A stretch of 64,000 bases of DNA, taken from assembly GCA_963771175.1 (NCBI GenBank), contig CAVYSY010000005.1, positions 1 to 64,000 of the forward strand, read 5' to 3'. The position numbers and the translations under genes are program-made. The stretch comes from an uncultured delta proteobacterium (lineage in GTDB: Bacteria; Myxococcota; Myxococcia; Myxococcales; Myxococcaceae). Of this stretch, positions 17,052-26,897 are shown piece after piece; the first letter of the stretch is position 1; every line of letters begins with the position of its first letter. The notes under the pieces were generated by a model. That model saw only the letters and a list, made by a program, of their open reading frames with translations. It ran no database searches and was not told the origin of the DNA.

Positions 17052-19913
17052 TCAGAAGCTGCCGGTGAGCTGCAGCGTGAAGGTGCGCCCGTACTGGGGC
17101 ACGGGCGCGGCGGCGCGCTCCTGCCCGAGGGGCAGGGCGTAGCGGTCGTCGAGCAGGTTCTGCACGCCGGCGAAGTAGCGCACGTGCGCCAGCTCCCCGG
17201 AGACGCCCATGCCGATCAGCAGGGCCTCGCCGTTGTCCGCGCCCTCCTTCGCGAGGCCGCGGGCGCTCTGGTAGGTGGCCTGGGTGGCCAGGCGTACGTC
17301 TCCATTGCCCAGGGGCAGCATCAGTCGCCCGGAGGCGAGGTGCGCGGGCATGGAGCTGACCACGTCGTCCGAGGCGTTGCGCAGGGTGACGAAGGAGTAG
17401 CTCAGGTCCACCATCAGGTAGCGCCCTGGCTGCCAGTGCAGGCCGGCCTCGGCGCCCCAGGCGAGCGTCGTTCCGGAGCTGTTGGTGAAGACGAGGCACT
17501 GCTCGCTGCCGGCCGGGCTGCCGCACAGGGGCGTGCCGTCCTCCGTCTCCAGCACCACGAGGTTGGAGATGCGGTTGTGGTAGCCGGCCACGGTGAGGCG
17601 CAGCTCGTCCGTCAGGTCGTGCGCGTGCTCGAGCTCCAGGGTGGAGATGGTCTCCGGCTCCAGCGAGCCGGCGGCCCGCTGGGTGAGCAGGTTGTCGCTG
17701 TAGTCGAGCTCGTTGACGTTGGGGGCGCGGAAGGCGCGACCGACCACCAGCTTGGTGAGGCCCTTGTCATAGGGGCGGCCGATGAGAGACAGCCGAGGGG
17801 TGAACGGGGTGGTGTCCAGGTCGAGGTACTTGTCCACGCGCAGGCCCGCCGAGAGGCTCAGCCGCGGGTGCAGACGCCACTCGTCCAGCAGGTAGGCGGA
17901 GAGCAGCACGCGGCTCCTGTCGGGCAGGGGCGTGGTTCCCACGGGGCCGAAGCTCTCCTGCTCCACGCGCTGGCCCTGGCCTTCCAGTCCCACGGTGAGG
18001 CGGTTGTTGTCGGAGAGGTCGAGGAGGAAGCGGGCCTCGGCGCTGAGCCAGTTGGCACGGCCGGCATCGGTGTCGCGCCGCAGGTCGCCGTCGGGCAGCT
18101 CGTGCATCCAGTACCCGCGGTAGCGGCTGGCGTCATAGGAGCCGCGCAGCGACAGGTTCAGCCGCTTGCCCAGGGCCTTCTCGTAGCGCGCCTCGACGAA
18201 GCCGCGGATGTCCGCCACCTCGGTGCCGGAGGCTCCCAGCACGGTGTCGAAGGGCCCGGTGGGAATCTGCTTCTGGCGCCCGTGGAGCTGGGCCTGGAGG
18301 GTGAGGTTACCGAAGCGGGCCCGCAGCGAGGCGGTGGCGGCGCGCTCCCCGTCCTGCCCGGACACCACTGGCAGGCCCTCGCCCAGCCGGGTCGTCTCCG
18401 CGCCCTCCATGTTCAGCCCCGCCACGGACAGCAGCACCGAGTTGCGCCCGTCGTCCCACGCGGTGGTGCCGTGCAGCCGGAGGTTGCCCAGGGCGCCCAC
18501 CGCGGCCGTCGCCTCCACCCGGCGCTCCAGGCCCAGCGAGTCGCGGGGCACCACGTTGATGACGGCGAAGAAGGCACCCGTACCGTAGAGGGCGCTGCCC
18601 GGGCCTCGCACCACCTCGATGCGCTCCACCTCCTCGAGGTCCACCGACAAGTCCCGCGCCGAGTAGCCCTGGCCGGCCCACACGTCGTTGACGGAGTGGC
18701 CATCCCAGAGGATGAGGACGCGGGTGTTGAAGTCGCCCGGGGGCGCGAAGCCGCGCACGCCCAGGTAGGTGTACGTCCGGTCGTCGGAGAGGAAGATGCC
18801 GCGCACGGCGGCCAGGGCCTCGGCCAGCGTGGTGTAGCCGAAGGCGCGCAGCTCCTCCTGGGAGATGACGGTGATGGAGGCGGGGGCCTCGTCCACGGAG
18901 AGCAGGCTCTTGGACGCGGCGCGCACCGGCGGGGGCTCGTAGCGCAGCTCGGCGTGGATGCGCGTCTCCTGGTCGGCCACCACCTTCACCGTCTTGCGCT
19001 CGGGGCGCACGTCCCGGCTCTCCACCTCCAGGGTGTGCTCCCCCTCGGTGAGGGTGACGACGGTGGGGGTGAAGCCGGTGGGCCGGCCGTCCACGCGCAC
19101 CGTGGCGTTCTCGCGGTTGGCGGTGACGATGAGGCGCCCGGTGGGCTTCTCCTGGGAGCGCAGGGCCACCTGGAGGGGGACGCTGCCGTCGGCGGGCACC
19201 TCCACCACGAGCTGGGCCGGGGCGTAGCCGGGGGCGCGCACGTGGAGCACGTGGGAGCCGGGGGTGAAGCGCAGCGTGCCGGGCACCCGACCCACCACGG
19301 GGCCGTCCGCGGCCTCGCGCACCTCCGCGCCCTCGGGCGTGCCGGAGAGCACCACCTCGCCGGTGATGAGCTGGAGCGAGAACTCCTGCGACACGGAGCG
19401 CCCCCGCGCCACCGAGATGGACTCCTCGGTGGGACGGTAGCCCTCCTTGTGCACCACCACCTTGTGGCGCCCGGGCGTCAGCGCGAGCGTCAGGGGCGAG
19501 CGGCCGCGGATGCCGAGGTCCTCGCGGTCCACGAACACCTCGGCCCCCGGGGGCTCGGTGGTGACGCGCACCAGGGCCACCTTGGGGCGCAGCCGCTCCA
19601 TGGCACGGCGCACCTCGGCCTCGTCGGCCTTGGGCAGGTCCTCCTGGGCCAGGTCGTTGTAGTAGCGGTAGGCCTCGTTGTAGCGGGCGAGCGCCTCGTA
19701 GCACCGGGCGATGTTGAAGAGGACGTTCCGGTTGGGGACGAGGCGGTAGCTGGAGAAGTAGGCGCGCAGGGCCTCGACGTACTGGCCCTGGGCATAGGCC
19801 TCGTTGCCGAGCTCGAAGGCCACATCCGCTTCATCCGCGGTGTTGCTGGCCAGGGAGGCGGCGGGCGTGAGCAGCAGGGAAAGGACGAGGCAGCCGAAAC
19901 GGAGCACGCGCAT
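17052..19913 (-). CDS. TonB-dependent receptor with N-terminal TPR-like and PEGA domains
   Basis: Signal peptide; VLFNIARCYE (TPR-like); TEPPGAEVFVD (PEGA) repeats; plug ERIEVVRGPGSALYG; C-terminal GRTFTLQLTGSF. Confidence 0.9.
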   Translation of the reverse strand: MRVLRFGCLVLSLLLTPAASLASNTADEADVAFELGNEAYAQGQYVEALRAYFSSYRLVPNRNVLFNIARCYEALARYNEAYRYYNDLAQEDLPKADEAEVRRAMERLRPKVALVRVTTEPPGAEVFVDREDLGIRGRSPLTLALTPGRHKVVVHKEGYRPTEESISVARGRSVSQEFSLQLITGEVVLSGTPEGAEVREAADGPVVGRVPGTLRFTPGSHVLHVRAPGYAPAQLVVEVPADGSVPLQVALRSQEKPTGRLIVTANRENATVRVDGRPTGFTPTVVTLTEGEHTLEVESRDVRPERKTVKVVADQETRIHAELRYEPPPVRAASKSLLSVDEAPASITVISQEELRAFGYTTLAEALAAVRGIFLSDDRTYTYLGVRGFAPPGDFNTRVLILWDGHSVNDVWAGQGYSARDLSVDLEEVERIEVVRGPGSALYGTGAFFAVINVVPRDSLGLERRVEATAAVGALGNLRLHGTTAWDDGRNSVLLSVAGLNMEGAETTRLGEGLPVVSGQDGERAATASLRARFGNLTLQAQLHGRQKQIPTGPFDTVLGASGTEVADIRGFVEARYEKALGKRLNLSLRGSYDASRYRGYWMHELPDGDLRRDTDAGRANWLSAEARFLLDLSDNNRLTVGLEGQGQRVEQESFGPVGTTPLPDRSRVLLSAYLLDEWRLHPRLSLSAGLRVDKYLDLDTTPFTPRLSLIGRPYDKGLTKLVVGRAFRAPNVNELDYSDNLLTQRAAGSLEPETISTLELEHAHDLTDELRLTVAGYHNRISNLVVLETEDGTPLCGSPAGSEQCLVFTNSSGTTLAWGAEAGLHWQPGRYLMVDLSYSFVTLRNASDDVVSSMPAHLASGRLMLPLGNGDVRLATQATYQSARGLAKEGADNGEALLIGMGVSGELAHVRYFAGVQNLLDDRYALPLGQERAAAPVPQYGRTFTLQLTGSF

Positions 19914-20021
19914 TGCGCGCCCATTCTTCCCTCGGAAACCCCGTCAGGTCCACGGAACGGCAGTGGAAGTCATACCGCCGGAGCGGGTAGGAGGCCGGGC
20001 AATCGGTTGGGACGGCCCCGG

Positions 20022-20474
20022 CTACCCCGTCAGGGCCGCCGCCAGCGCCCGGGCCGCGGCCTCCAGCTCCGCCTCCGGGCGCGCCTCGTCAGGGAGTGCG
20101 TCGAAGGCGCCCCGCCCCCACAGGCGCTGGGGCGTGTCCCGGTAGCGCGGCACCAGGTGCAGGTGGAAGTGACGCAGCACGTCGCCGATGGCGAAGGCGT
20201 AGGCGTGCTCGGCGCCGAGCACCTCGCGCTGGGCCCTCATCACCCGCGCGGCGAAGGGGCCCAGCTCGCGCGCCGCCTCGTCGTCCAGGTCGTACAGGGC
20301 CCGCGCGTGCCGCACGCTGGTGAGCACCACCCAGCCGGGCAGCGCGCTGGGCGAGGCCACGCCGTGGAGCACCAGCCCCGCCGAGCGAGCGAGCACCCCT
20401 CCCACGGGACGGGTGGCTCCACTCACGAGGGCGCAGCCGAGACAGGGGTCGTTCACGTCCACCTTGTTGCTCAT
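20022..20474 (-). CDS. HIT family protein
   Basis: CLGC near the N-terminus and histidine triad HFHLHLVPRY. Confidence 0.85.
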   Translation of the reverse strand: MSNKVDVNDPCLGCALVSGATRPVGGVLARSAGLVLHGVASPSALPGWVVLTSVRHARALYDLDDEAARELGPFAARVMRAQREVLGAEHAYAFAIGDVLRHFHLHLVPRYRDTPQRLWGRGAFDALPDEARPEAELEAAARALAAALTG

Positions 20475-20597
20475 GGCGCGCACGCTACCAGCGCCCGGCG
20501 GGCAGGAGTGCTCTGCTTGACGCAGGTGGGGTGGGTCGGAGAGTGTCTCCCGCCGCTCCTCGCGGGCAGGGCATTCCAACCATTCAAGGTGGGGAAG

Positions 20598-22280
20598 ATG
20601 AAGAAGCATTTGGCGATCGTGTTGCCGCTGCTGGTTGTCGGGTGCACGGAGCCTGAGGACAAGGACCAGGACGGAATCATCGACGGCGTCCGCGAGCCGG
20701 ACAGCGTGTCGGTGGTGGCCCCGGCCAATCCGAAGGGGACGGTCTCCGGGCAGGTGCTGAACACCCGGATGCAGCCGCTCCCGGGCGCCTCGGTGCAGCT
20801 GACCATCGGCAGCGCGACGACGGAGCAGCCCGTCACGGCCACGACGGACGCCTCCGGCAATTTCATGTTCAAGAACGTGCCGGCCGGCTCCCAGGTGTTG
20901 GTGACCATCGGCATGGAGGGGTACGCCACGCTGCGCGCCAGCGCCGTGGTGCCCTCCAGCGCGGGCAACATCCCCATCAACAACGGCAACGCGAGCATTG
21001 GCGCCATCACGCTCGCCGAGACGAAGAGCACCGTGCGCTTCACGCTCGTCACGCCGTCGGGTCGTCCCGCCGCGGGTGCCCAGGCGTACCTCGAGGCCTC
21101 TCCCACCGGGACGATTGCCTTCAATGGCTCCACGGTGACGGCCGTGAGCTCGGTGGTGGTCCTGGCGCAGGCGGATGCCCAGGGCGTCGTCTCCTTCAAC
21201 AATGTCCCCGCGCCGGCGGAGCTGGCTCGCATCGGCGAGTACTCCCGCGAGGGGGGCAGCTACCGCCTGTGGGTGGATCCGGTCGATGTGAACTCCGATG
21301 GAGTCATCGATGCCGCCGGCTATGCGAAGAAGATCGATGCCTCGTCGTTGATGGTGTACGGCGGCTCGCAGCTCATCCTCCTGCCCGCGCCGCGCAACGA
21401 TGCCGACTCCATGGATCCGTCCGATCCCTCCACCGGCAGCGGCTTCAGCCTGGTGGCCACGAGTCTCTCCAGCCTCAACTTCGACGGCATCACCGACGTC
21501 GCGAAGAAGGCCCTGGCCAAGGAGCCGCTGCGCAACATGCTCCGGGCCAACGAGTCCCTCTTCGTCGCCTTCTCGCACCCCATCCAGAAGGACACCCTGC
21601 TCGCCACCGTGACGGACGAGTCCGGCCGTACGGGCGCCCCCATGACGGTGACTCCCAACGCGACGGGGGATGCCTTCAGCCTCGCCCTCCCCTCGCCACT
21701 GAGCATCGTGGAGGGCAACAGGTACAACGTGGTCCTGCGGGCCACCTCGGCCTACGACCAGACCACCCTGATCTGGAAGGGCTACTTCATCAGCGGCGAC
21801 GTCGGCAGCCCGAAGTCCACGACCCAGCCGGGCTTCGTGACTGTTGCCTTCAAGGACGGCGCCGGCGGTACCACGCCCAATCTCGACAATGGGGAGTGCG
21901 TCGTCGTCACCTTCAATCAGGTGGTCATCCCGCCCGATGCGACGGTGCTTCCGCCTGTCGAGGCTTTCTTCAACGCGAACCTCGGCCTCACGGGTCGCAT
22001 GGGCGAGTACGGTGCCGCCACGGGCTTGCAGCTCTCCGTGGCTCCTGCTCCCATGGTAAACGCCTGCTTTGATGAGAAGGCGAGCTACCCCATCAGCACC
22101 AACTTCACCTTCACGCCTCGCTACTACCTCCAGATGAACACGGGCGTGGGCATCTCGGTGCCCGCTGGCACGGCGGTGAAGCTGGCCTTCAGCAAGTATG
22201 CGACGAGCGCCGCCACCTACGAGACGGCCTGGGCCAAACCGCTGACCAGCGACGTCGAGGTCTCGCTCACCAAGCTGTAA
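20598..22280 (+). CDS. Lipoprotein with carboxypeptidase-regulatory-like beta-sandwich domain
   Basis: MKKHLAIVLPLLVVGC lipobox; DKDQDG Ca-binding-like loop; GTVSGQVL...PLPGASV...TTDASGNF. Confidence 0.8.
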   Translation: MKKHLAIVLPLLVVGCTEPEDKDQDGIIDGVREPDSVSVVAPANPKGTVSGQVLNTRMQPLPGASVQLTIGSATTEQPVTATTDASGNFMFKNVPAGSQVLVTIGMEGYATLRASAVVPSSAGNIPINNGNASIGAITLAETKSTVRFTLVTPSGRPAAGAQAYLEASPTGTIAFNGSTVTAVSSVVVLAQADAQGVVSFNNVPAPAELARIGEYSREGGSYRLWVDPVDVNSDGVIDAAGYAKKIDASSLMVYGGSQLILLPAPRNDADSMDPSDPSTGSGFSLVATSLSSLNFDGITDVAKKALAKEPLRNMLRANESLFVAFSHPIQKDTLLATVTDESGRTGAPMTVTPNATGDAFSLALPSPLSIVEGNRYNVVLRATSAYDQTTLIWKGYFISGDVGSPKSTTQPGFVTVAFKDGAGGTTPNLDNGECVVVTFNQVVIPPDATVLPPVEAFFNANLGLTGRMGEYGAATGLQLSVAPAPMVNACFDEKASYPISTNFTFTPRYYLQMNTGVGISVPAGTAVKLAFSKYATSAATYETAWAKPLTSDVEVSLTKL

Positions 22281-22307
22281 AGCTGTAGCCCTGGCGTTCC
22301 AGGAGCA

Positions 22308-22339
22308 GACAACCGGGCGGACTGCGCCGCCCGGTTGTC
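22308..22339. terminator. 13-bp stem hairpin downstream of the lipoprotein gene
   Basis: GACAACCGGGCGG-ACTGCG-CCGCCCGGTTGTC; no clear U-tract. Confidence 0.5.
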
Positions 22340-22487
22340 CCAAGTCATCATCGCTGTGAGGGAAGTGTCCTGGGCAGAACGGGTCTTGAGGGCTTCTGGT
22401 GCTCCAAAGCCTGCCGGGGACGAGCACATCCAAAGGGCCGTGCATAGCATGGAGCGGCGTTCCCACCTTGTACGAGGGACCCGCGCC

Positions 22488-22946
22488 ATGACCGAAACGT
22501 TCACGCAAACCCTCGAAAACAGGATGGCTGACAGCCGCCAGCCCGCCAATTCGGCCGAGCGCAGGCGTGTGCTCGTCGTCGACGACTTCGACGACGCACG
22601 CGAGATGTACGCGGAGTACCTCGAGTTTGTTGGCTTTCAGGTAGATGTGGCCCGCAACGGGGTAGAGGCCGTGGAGAAGGCCCAGGACGCTCCCCCGGAC
22701 ATCATCCTGATGGACCTGTCGCTGCCCATCATGGACGGGTGGGAGGCCACGCGGCGGCTGAAGCAGGACCAGCGCACCCGCGACATCCCGGTGATGGCGC
22801 TCAGCGGCCATGTGCTGGCTGGCAATGCCGAACAGGCGAGGCAGGCCGGCGCGGACGAGTTCGTCGCCAAGCCGTGTCTCCCGCAGGATCTGGAGGAGCG
22901 CATCCACCGGATGCTCAAGCCCAGCAAGCCCAAGAGCAAACCCTAG
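22488..22946 (+). CDS. Single-domain response regulator (DivK/CheY-like)
   Basis: VLVVDD, PDIILMDLSLPIMDG, AKP. Confidence 0.92.
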   Translation: MTETFTQTLENRMADSRQPANSAERRRVLVVDDFDDAREMYAEYLEFVGFQVDVARNGVEAVEKAQDAPPDIILMDLSLPIMDGWEATRRLKQDQRTRDIPVMALSGHVLAGNAEQARQAGADEFVAKPCLPQDLEERIHRMLKPSKPKSKP

Positions 22947-22988
22947 TCCGCTACCCTGATTCTTCCTCTTCGCGCGTAGGCACGTCCC

Positions 22989-25900
22989 GTGGGCTCCCCC
23001 CCTGCCTCCCGGTCCAACGTCGACGGGTGGACTCCGCCCGAGGCGTTCGACGAGTACCGCCTGGTGCGTCTCATCGGCCATGGGACCACGGGGGGCGTGT
23101 ACCTCGCCCATGACACGCTGCTCGACCGGCCGGTGGCGGTGAAGTTCGTCCGCGAGCTGGGCTCCGGCGCGCTCACCCGCTTCCTGGTGGAGGCCCGCGC
23201 CGCCGCCCGTGTCCAGCACCCCAACGTCGTCACCCTCTACCGGGTGGGCCAGCTCGAGAACCACCCCTACCTCATCTCCGAGTTCGTCCGGGGCACCTCC
23301 CTGGACCGGCTACCGCGGCCCATGCCCTGGGAGCGCGTGCTGGAGCTCGGCAAGGACCTGGCGCGGGGACTGGGCGCCGCGCACCGCCGCGGCGTGCTTC
23401 ACCGCGACATCAAACCCGGCAACGCCATCCTCACCGAGACCGGCGAGGTGAAGCTGCTGGACTTCGGATTGGCCAAGCTGCTGGACCTGGACGCGCCCGG
23501 GGGGGCCGGCGCCGACGCGCAGTTCATGGAGGATCCGCTCGACGACGTGCCGCCGTCGGCCCTGCCGGAGGGCATGCTGGTGGGCACGCCCTACTACATG
23601 TCCCCGGAGGCCTGGGCGGGCGAGGAGCTCACGGCCCGCGGCGACGTGTACTCGCTGGGGTTGGTGCTCTACGAGCTTTGTGCGGGCCAGGGGCCCTTCC
23701 GGGACGTGCGCCTGCGGGAGCTGCCGAAGGCGGTGTCCTCCCGGGACGCGCGGCCTCTGGCCGAGGTCGCTCCAGGCGTGGACCCGGCCTTCGCGACCGT
23801 GGTGGACCGGTGCCTGCGCCGCGCGCCCGAGGAGCGCTTCGCCTCCGCCGTGTCGCTGTTGGACGCGCTGGAGCAGCTCTCTCGCGACGAGTCCGCCGGG
23901 GTCGTGCCCGAGGGCAATCCCTACCGCGGCCTCCAGGCCTTCGAGGCCGAGCACCGCGCCCTCTTCTTCGGCCGGCAGCGAGAGCAGCGCGAGGTGCTGG
24001 AGCGGCTCCGGGCCGAGCCCTTCCTGCTCGTCACCGGTGACTCCGGCGTGGGCAAGTCCTCGCTGTGCCTCGCCGGCGTGCTGCCCCAGCTCATCGATGG
24101 CGCGCTGGAGGACAGGCGGCGCTGGAGGGGTGTGCGGTGGGTACCGGGCCGTCGCCCCGCCGCCGCGCTCGCCGCCGCGCTCTCCCCCGTGCTGGACGCG
24201 GACGAGGAGGGGCTGCTGGCCTTCCTGCGCGCGGACCCCACCGCGCTCGCGCGCCGGTTGCGAGCCCGCCTCGGCCCGGATGAGGGACTCGTCGTCTACG
24301 TGGACCAGCTCGAGGAGTTGGTGACGCTCGCGGGCGATGCCGAGGCCGCGCAGGCGGGGCTCGCGCTCGGGGGACTGGCCGAGGGCGTGTCCGGCGTGCG
24401 CGTCCTCGCCACCTGCCGCAGCGACTTCCTCACCCGGCTGACGGCGGTGCCGGGGCTCGGCGCGGCGGTGCCCGGGGCGCTCTACCTGCTGCGGGCGCTC
24501 GGCCCGGAGGAGGTCCGCGAGGCGGTGGTGGGCCCGGCGCGGGTGAAGGGCGTGCGCTTCGAGTCCGAGGCACTGGTGGACACGCTGGTGTCCTCCACCT
24601 CGGCCACCGAGAGCGGGCTGCCACTCCTGCAGTTCGCGCTCGCCGAGCTGTGGGAGGCGCGGGACGAGGCCTCGGGCGTCATCACCCAGGCGGCGCTGGA
24701 CGGACTGGGCGGCGTGGGGGGCGCGCTGGCGAAGCACGCGGACGCGGCCGTGGCACGCCTGCTGCCGGACCAGCGCACCGCCGCTCGCGGCGTCCTGCTG
24801 CGACTCATCACCGCGGACGGCACCCGGGCCCGGAAGACGGACCAGGAGCTGGTGGGGGATGACCCGCGCCACCGCACGGTGCTGGAGGCCCTGGTGCGCG
24901 CGCGCCTGCTGGTGGCCCGCGAAGGGGAAGGGGGCACCTCGTACGAGGTGGCCCACGAGGCGCTCCTGTCGGGCTGGGGCACGCTGGCGCGCTGGCTGGC
25001 CGAGGCCTCCGAGCGCCGCGAGGTGCAGTCCCGCCTGGAGGCCGACTCCGCCCACTGGGAGCGCGCGCGCCACATGAGGGAGCTGCTCTGGGGGCCCCGG
25101 CAGCTCGCCGAGGCCGCCGCGCTCGAGCCGGCCGAGCTCACCCGCCGCGAGCTGGCCTTCCTCGAGGCCTCGCGACGCACGGTGGTGCGCAGCCGCCACC
25201 TGCGACGGGCGCTCGCCGCGGGCTTCGTCCTCTCGCTGGGGCTCGTCTACGGGGGCCTGCGGCTGCGCGAGGCGGGAGAGCGGGACGCGGCGGTGCGCGC
25301 CTGGCTCGCCGATGCCGCCACCGCGATGGACAGCGTGTACCGGGAGCGTGCCACCTTCGCCGTCGCGCAAGAGGAGGCGCTCCGCTTCTTCGATGCCGGT
25401 CGCAAGGACGAGGGCGAGGCGGCCTGGGCACGCGCCATGGCGGCGGAGACGTCGGTGCGCCGTCGGCTCGACGAGGCGGGGGATCGACTGGAGCACGCGC
25501 TGGTGTTGGACCCCACCCGCGAGGATGTCCGCGGCGCCCTGGCCGACTTCCTCCTCGAGAGCGCCCTGCACGCCGAGCGGGAGCCGGGAGCCAGCGAGGT
25601 GTCGGCGTTGTTGCAGCGGCTGAAGCTGTACGACACCTCGGGAGAGCGCTGGCGGCGGTGGACGATGCCCGCCCTCGTCACGCTGGAGGTGGGCGCGCCC
25701 GGCGCGACGGTGGAGCTGCGTCCGGTCTCCAGGGACCTGGAGGGCCGCGAGAAGCCAGGCGAGCCGCTAGCGCTCGGCGCGGGGCCGTGGGTGGACGTGC
25801 CGGTGCCACCGGGAGACTGGCGCCTGGTGGTGAGGGCGCCGGGGCACGAGCCCGCCTCCGCCCCGCTGCGCCTCTCGCGCGGCGAGCGCAGGCGCCTGTC

Positions 25901-26762
25901 GCTGCCGCTCATCGCCGAGGGCCGGCTTCCCGAGGGCCTCGTCTATGTGCCGCCAGGGCGCGTGCTCTTCGGCAGCGCGGCGGACGCGAGCGTGCGCGGC
26001 TTCTTCAACGCCGTGCCGCTGCACGCGCGGGAGACGGCGGGCTTCCTCATCGCGCGCCATGAGACGACGTACGCGCAGTGGTTGACCTTCCTGGAGTCGC
26101 TGTCCCCGGAGGAGCGCGCCCGCCGCCTGCCTCGCACGAGCACGACGTACCACGGGCTGCTCCGGCTGGAGCGGGAGCGGGACATCTGGGTGCTGCGCTT
26201 CCAGCCGGGTGGGGTGGCCTATACCGTCCGAGCCGGGGAGAAGGTGCGCTACGCGAAGCGGGACCGCCGCGTGGCGCAGGACTGGCTGCGCTTCCCCGTC
26301 ACCGGTGTCTCGTTCGAGGACACGGAGGCCTACCTGGCCTGGCTGGACCGGACGGGCCGCGTGCCCGGTGCCCGCCTCTGCTCGGAGCTGGAGTGGGAGC
26401 GCGCCACGCGTGGCGAGGACGGTCGCGAGTTCCCCCACGGCAACGTGCTCGCTCCGGACGACGCCAACTTCGATCTCACCTACGGCAAGGAGCCCGGGGG
26501 ATTCGGCCCCGACGAGGTGGGCTCGCACCCGGCTTCCCGCAGCCCCTTCGGCGTGGATGACCTGGCGGGCAATGCCTTCGAGTGGACGCGCTCCTCGGTG
26601 GAGCCAGACCGCGCGGTGGCGCGAGGGGGCAGCTACTACTTCGCGGCCGCGACGGCCCGCTCGGCCAACCGCGAGATGCCGGAGCGCACCTTCCGCGACA
26701 TCAACGTGGGCCTCCGCGTGTGCGCGGATCCGCCCTCCCGTACGTTGCCCACGCGGGAGTGA
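22989..26762 (+). CDS. Ser/Thr kinase - STAND-class NTPase (nSTAND1-like) - TM - FGE/sulfatase-modifying-factor domain protein
   Basis: HRDIKPGN/DFG; NPYRGLQAF; Walker A GDSGVGKSS; Walker B VDQLEEL; GLPLLQFAL; EVAHEAL; FGE motifs RLCSELEWE, SPFGVDDLAGNAFEW, RGGS. Confidence 0.9.
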   Translation: MGSPPASRSNVDGWTPPEAFDEYRLVRLIGHGTTGGVYLAHDTLLDRPVAVKFVRELGSGALTRFLVEARAAARVQHPNVVTLYRVGQLENHPYLISEFVRGTSLDRLPRPMPWERVLELGKDLARGLGAAHRRGVLHRDIKPGNAILTETGEVKLLDFGLAKLLDLDAPGGAGADAQFMEDPLDDVPPSALPEGMLVGTPYYMSPEAWAGEELTARGDVYSLGLVLYELCAGQGPFRDVRLRELPKAVSSRDARPLAEVAPGVDPAFATVVDRCLRRAPEERFASAVSLLDALEQLSRDESAGVVPEGNPYRGLQAFEAEHRALFFGRQREQREVLERLRAEPFLLVTGDSGVGKSSLCLAGVLPQLIDGALEDRRRWRGVRWVPGRRPAAALAAALSPVLDADEEGLLAFLRADPTALARRLRARLGPDEGLVVYVDQLEELVTLAGDAEAAQAGLALGGLAEGVSGVRVLATCRSDFLTRLTAVPGLGAAVPGALYLLRALGPEEVREAVVGPARVKGVRFESEALVDTLVSSTSATESGLPLLQFALAELWEARDEASGVITQAALDGLGGVGGALAKHADAAVARLLPDQRTAARGVLLRLITADGTRARKTDQELVGDDPRHRTVLEALVRARLLVAREGEGGTSYEVAHEALLSGWGTLARWLAEASERREVQSRLEADSAHWERARHMRELLWGPRQLAEAAALEPAELTRRELAFLEASRRTVVRSRHLRRALAAGFVLSLGLVYGGLRLREAGERDAAVRAWLADAATAMDSVYRERATFAVAQEEALRFFDAGRKDEGEAAWARAMAAETSVRRRLDEAGDRLEHALVLDPTREDVRGALADFLLESALHAEREPGASEVSALLQRLKLYDTSGERWRRWTMPALVTLEVGAPGATVELRPVSRDLEGREKPGEPLALGAGPWVDVPVPPGDWRLVVRAPGHEPASAPLRLSRGERRRLSLPLIAEGRLPEGLVYVPPGRVLFGSAADASVRGFFNAVPLHARETAGFLIARHETTYAQWLTFLESLSPEERARRLPRTSTTYHGLLRLERERDIWVLRFQPGGVAYTVRAGEKVRYAKRDRRVAQDWLRFPVTGVSFEDTEAYLAWLDRTGRVPGARLCSELEWERATRGEDGREFPHGNVLAPDDANFDLTYGKEPGGFGPDEVGSHPASRSPFGVDDLAGNAFEWTRSSVEPDRAVARGGSYYFAAATARSANREMPERTFRDINVGLRVCADPPSRTLPTRE

Positions 26763-26897
26763 TGCCACGGGGTGCCCTCGTGGGGGCCTGCCTCTCGACA
26801 ATGCAAGTGCCTGGGTGCGACATGTGTGGCTTGCCCGAGGGAGGACCGCTGCACACCGTCGCGCGTGTGGGGACTGGGGTGTTGGAGGGGTGGGGAC

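Noticed and set aside
17184..20597. N-terminal two thirds of the 1698-aa plus-strand ORF
   Set aside because: Antisense shadow of the TonB receptor and HIT genes; the real gene starts at ATG 20598 with a lipoprotein signal.
20475..23264. 1080-aa minus-strand ORF
   Set aside because: Only the last 150 aa (HIT protein) are real; the rest is antisense to genuine plus-strand genes.
25900..26762. FGE domain as a diversity-generating retroelement target
   Set aside because: No reverse transcriptase or template repeat visible in the window.
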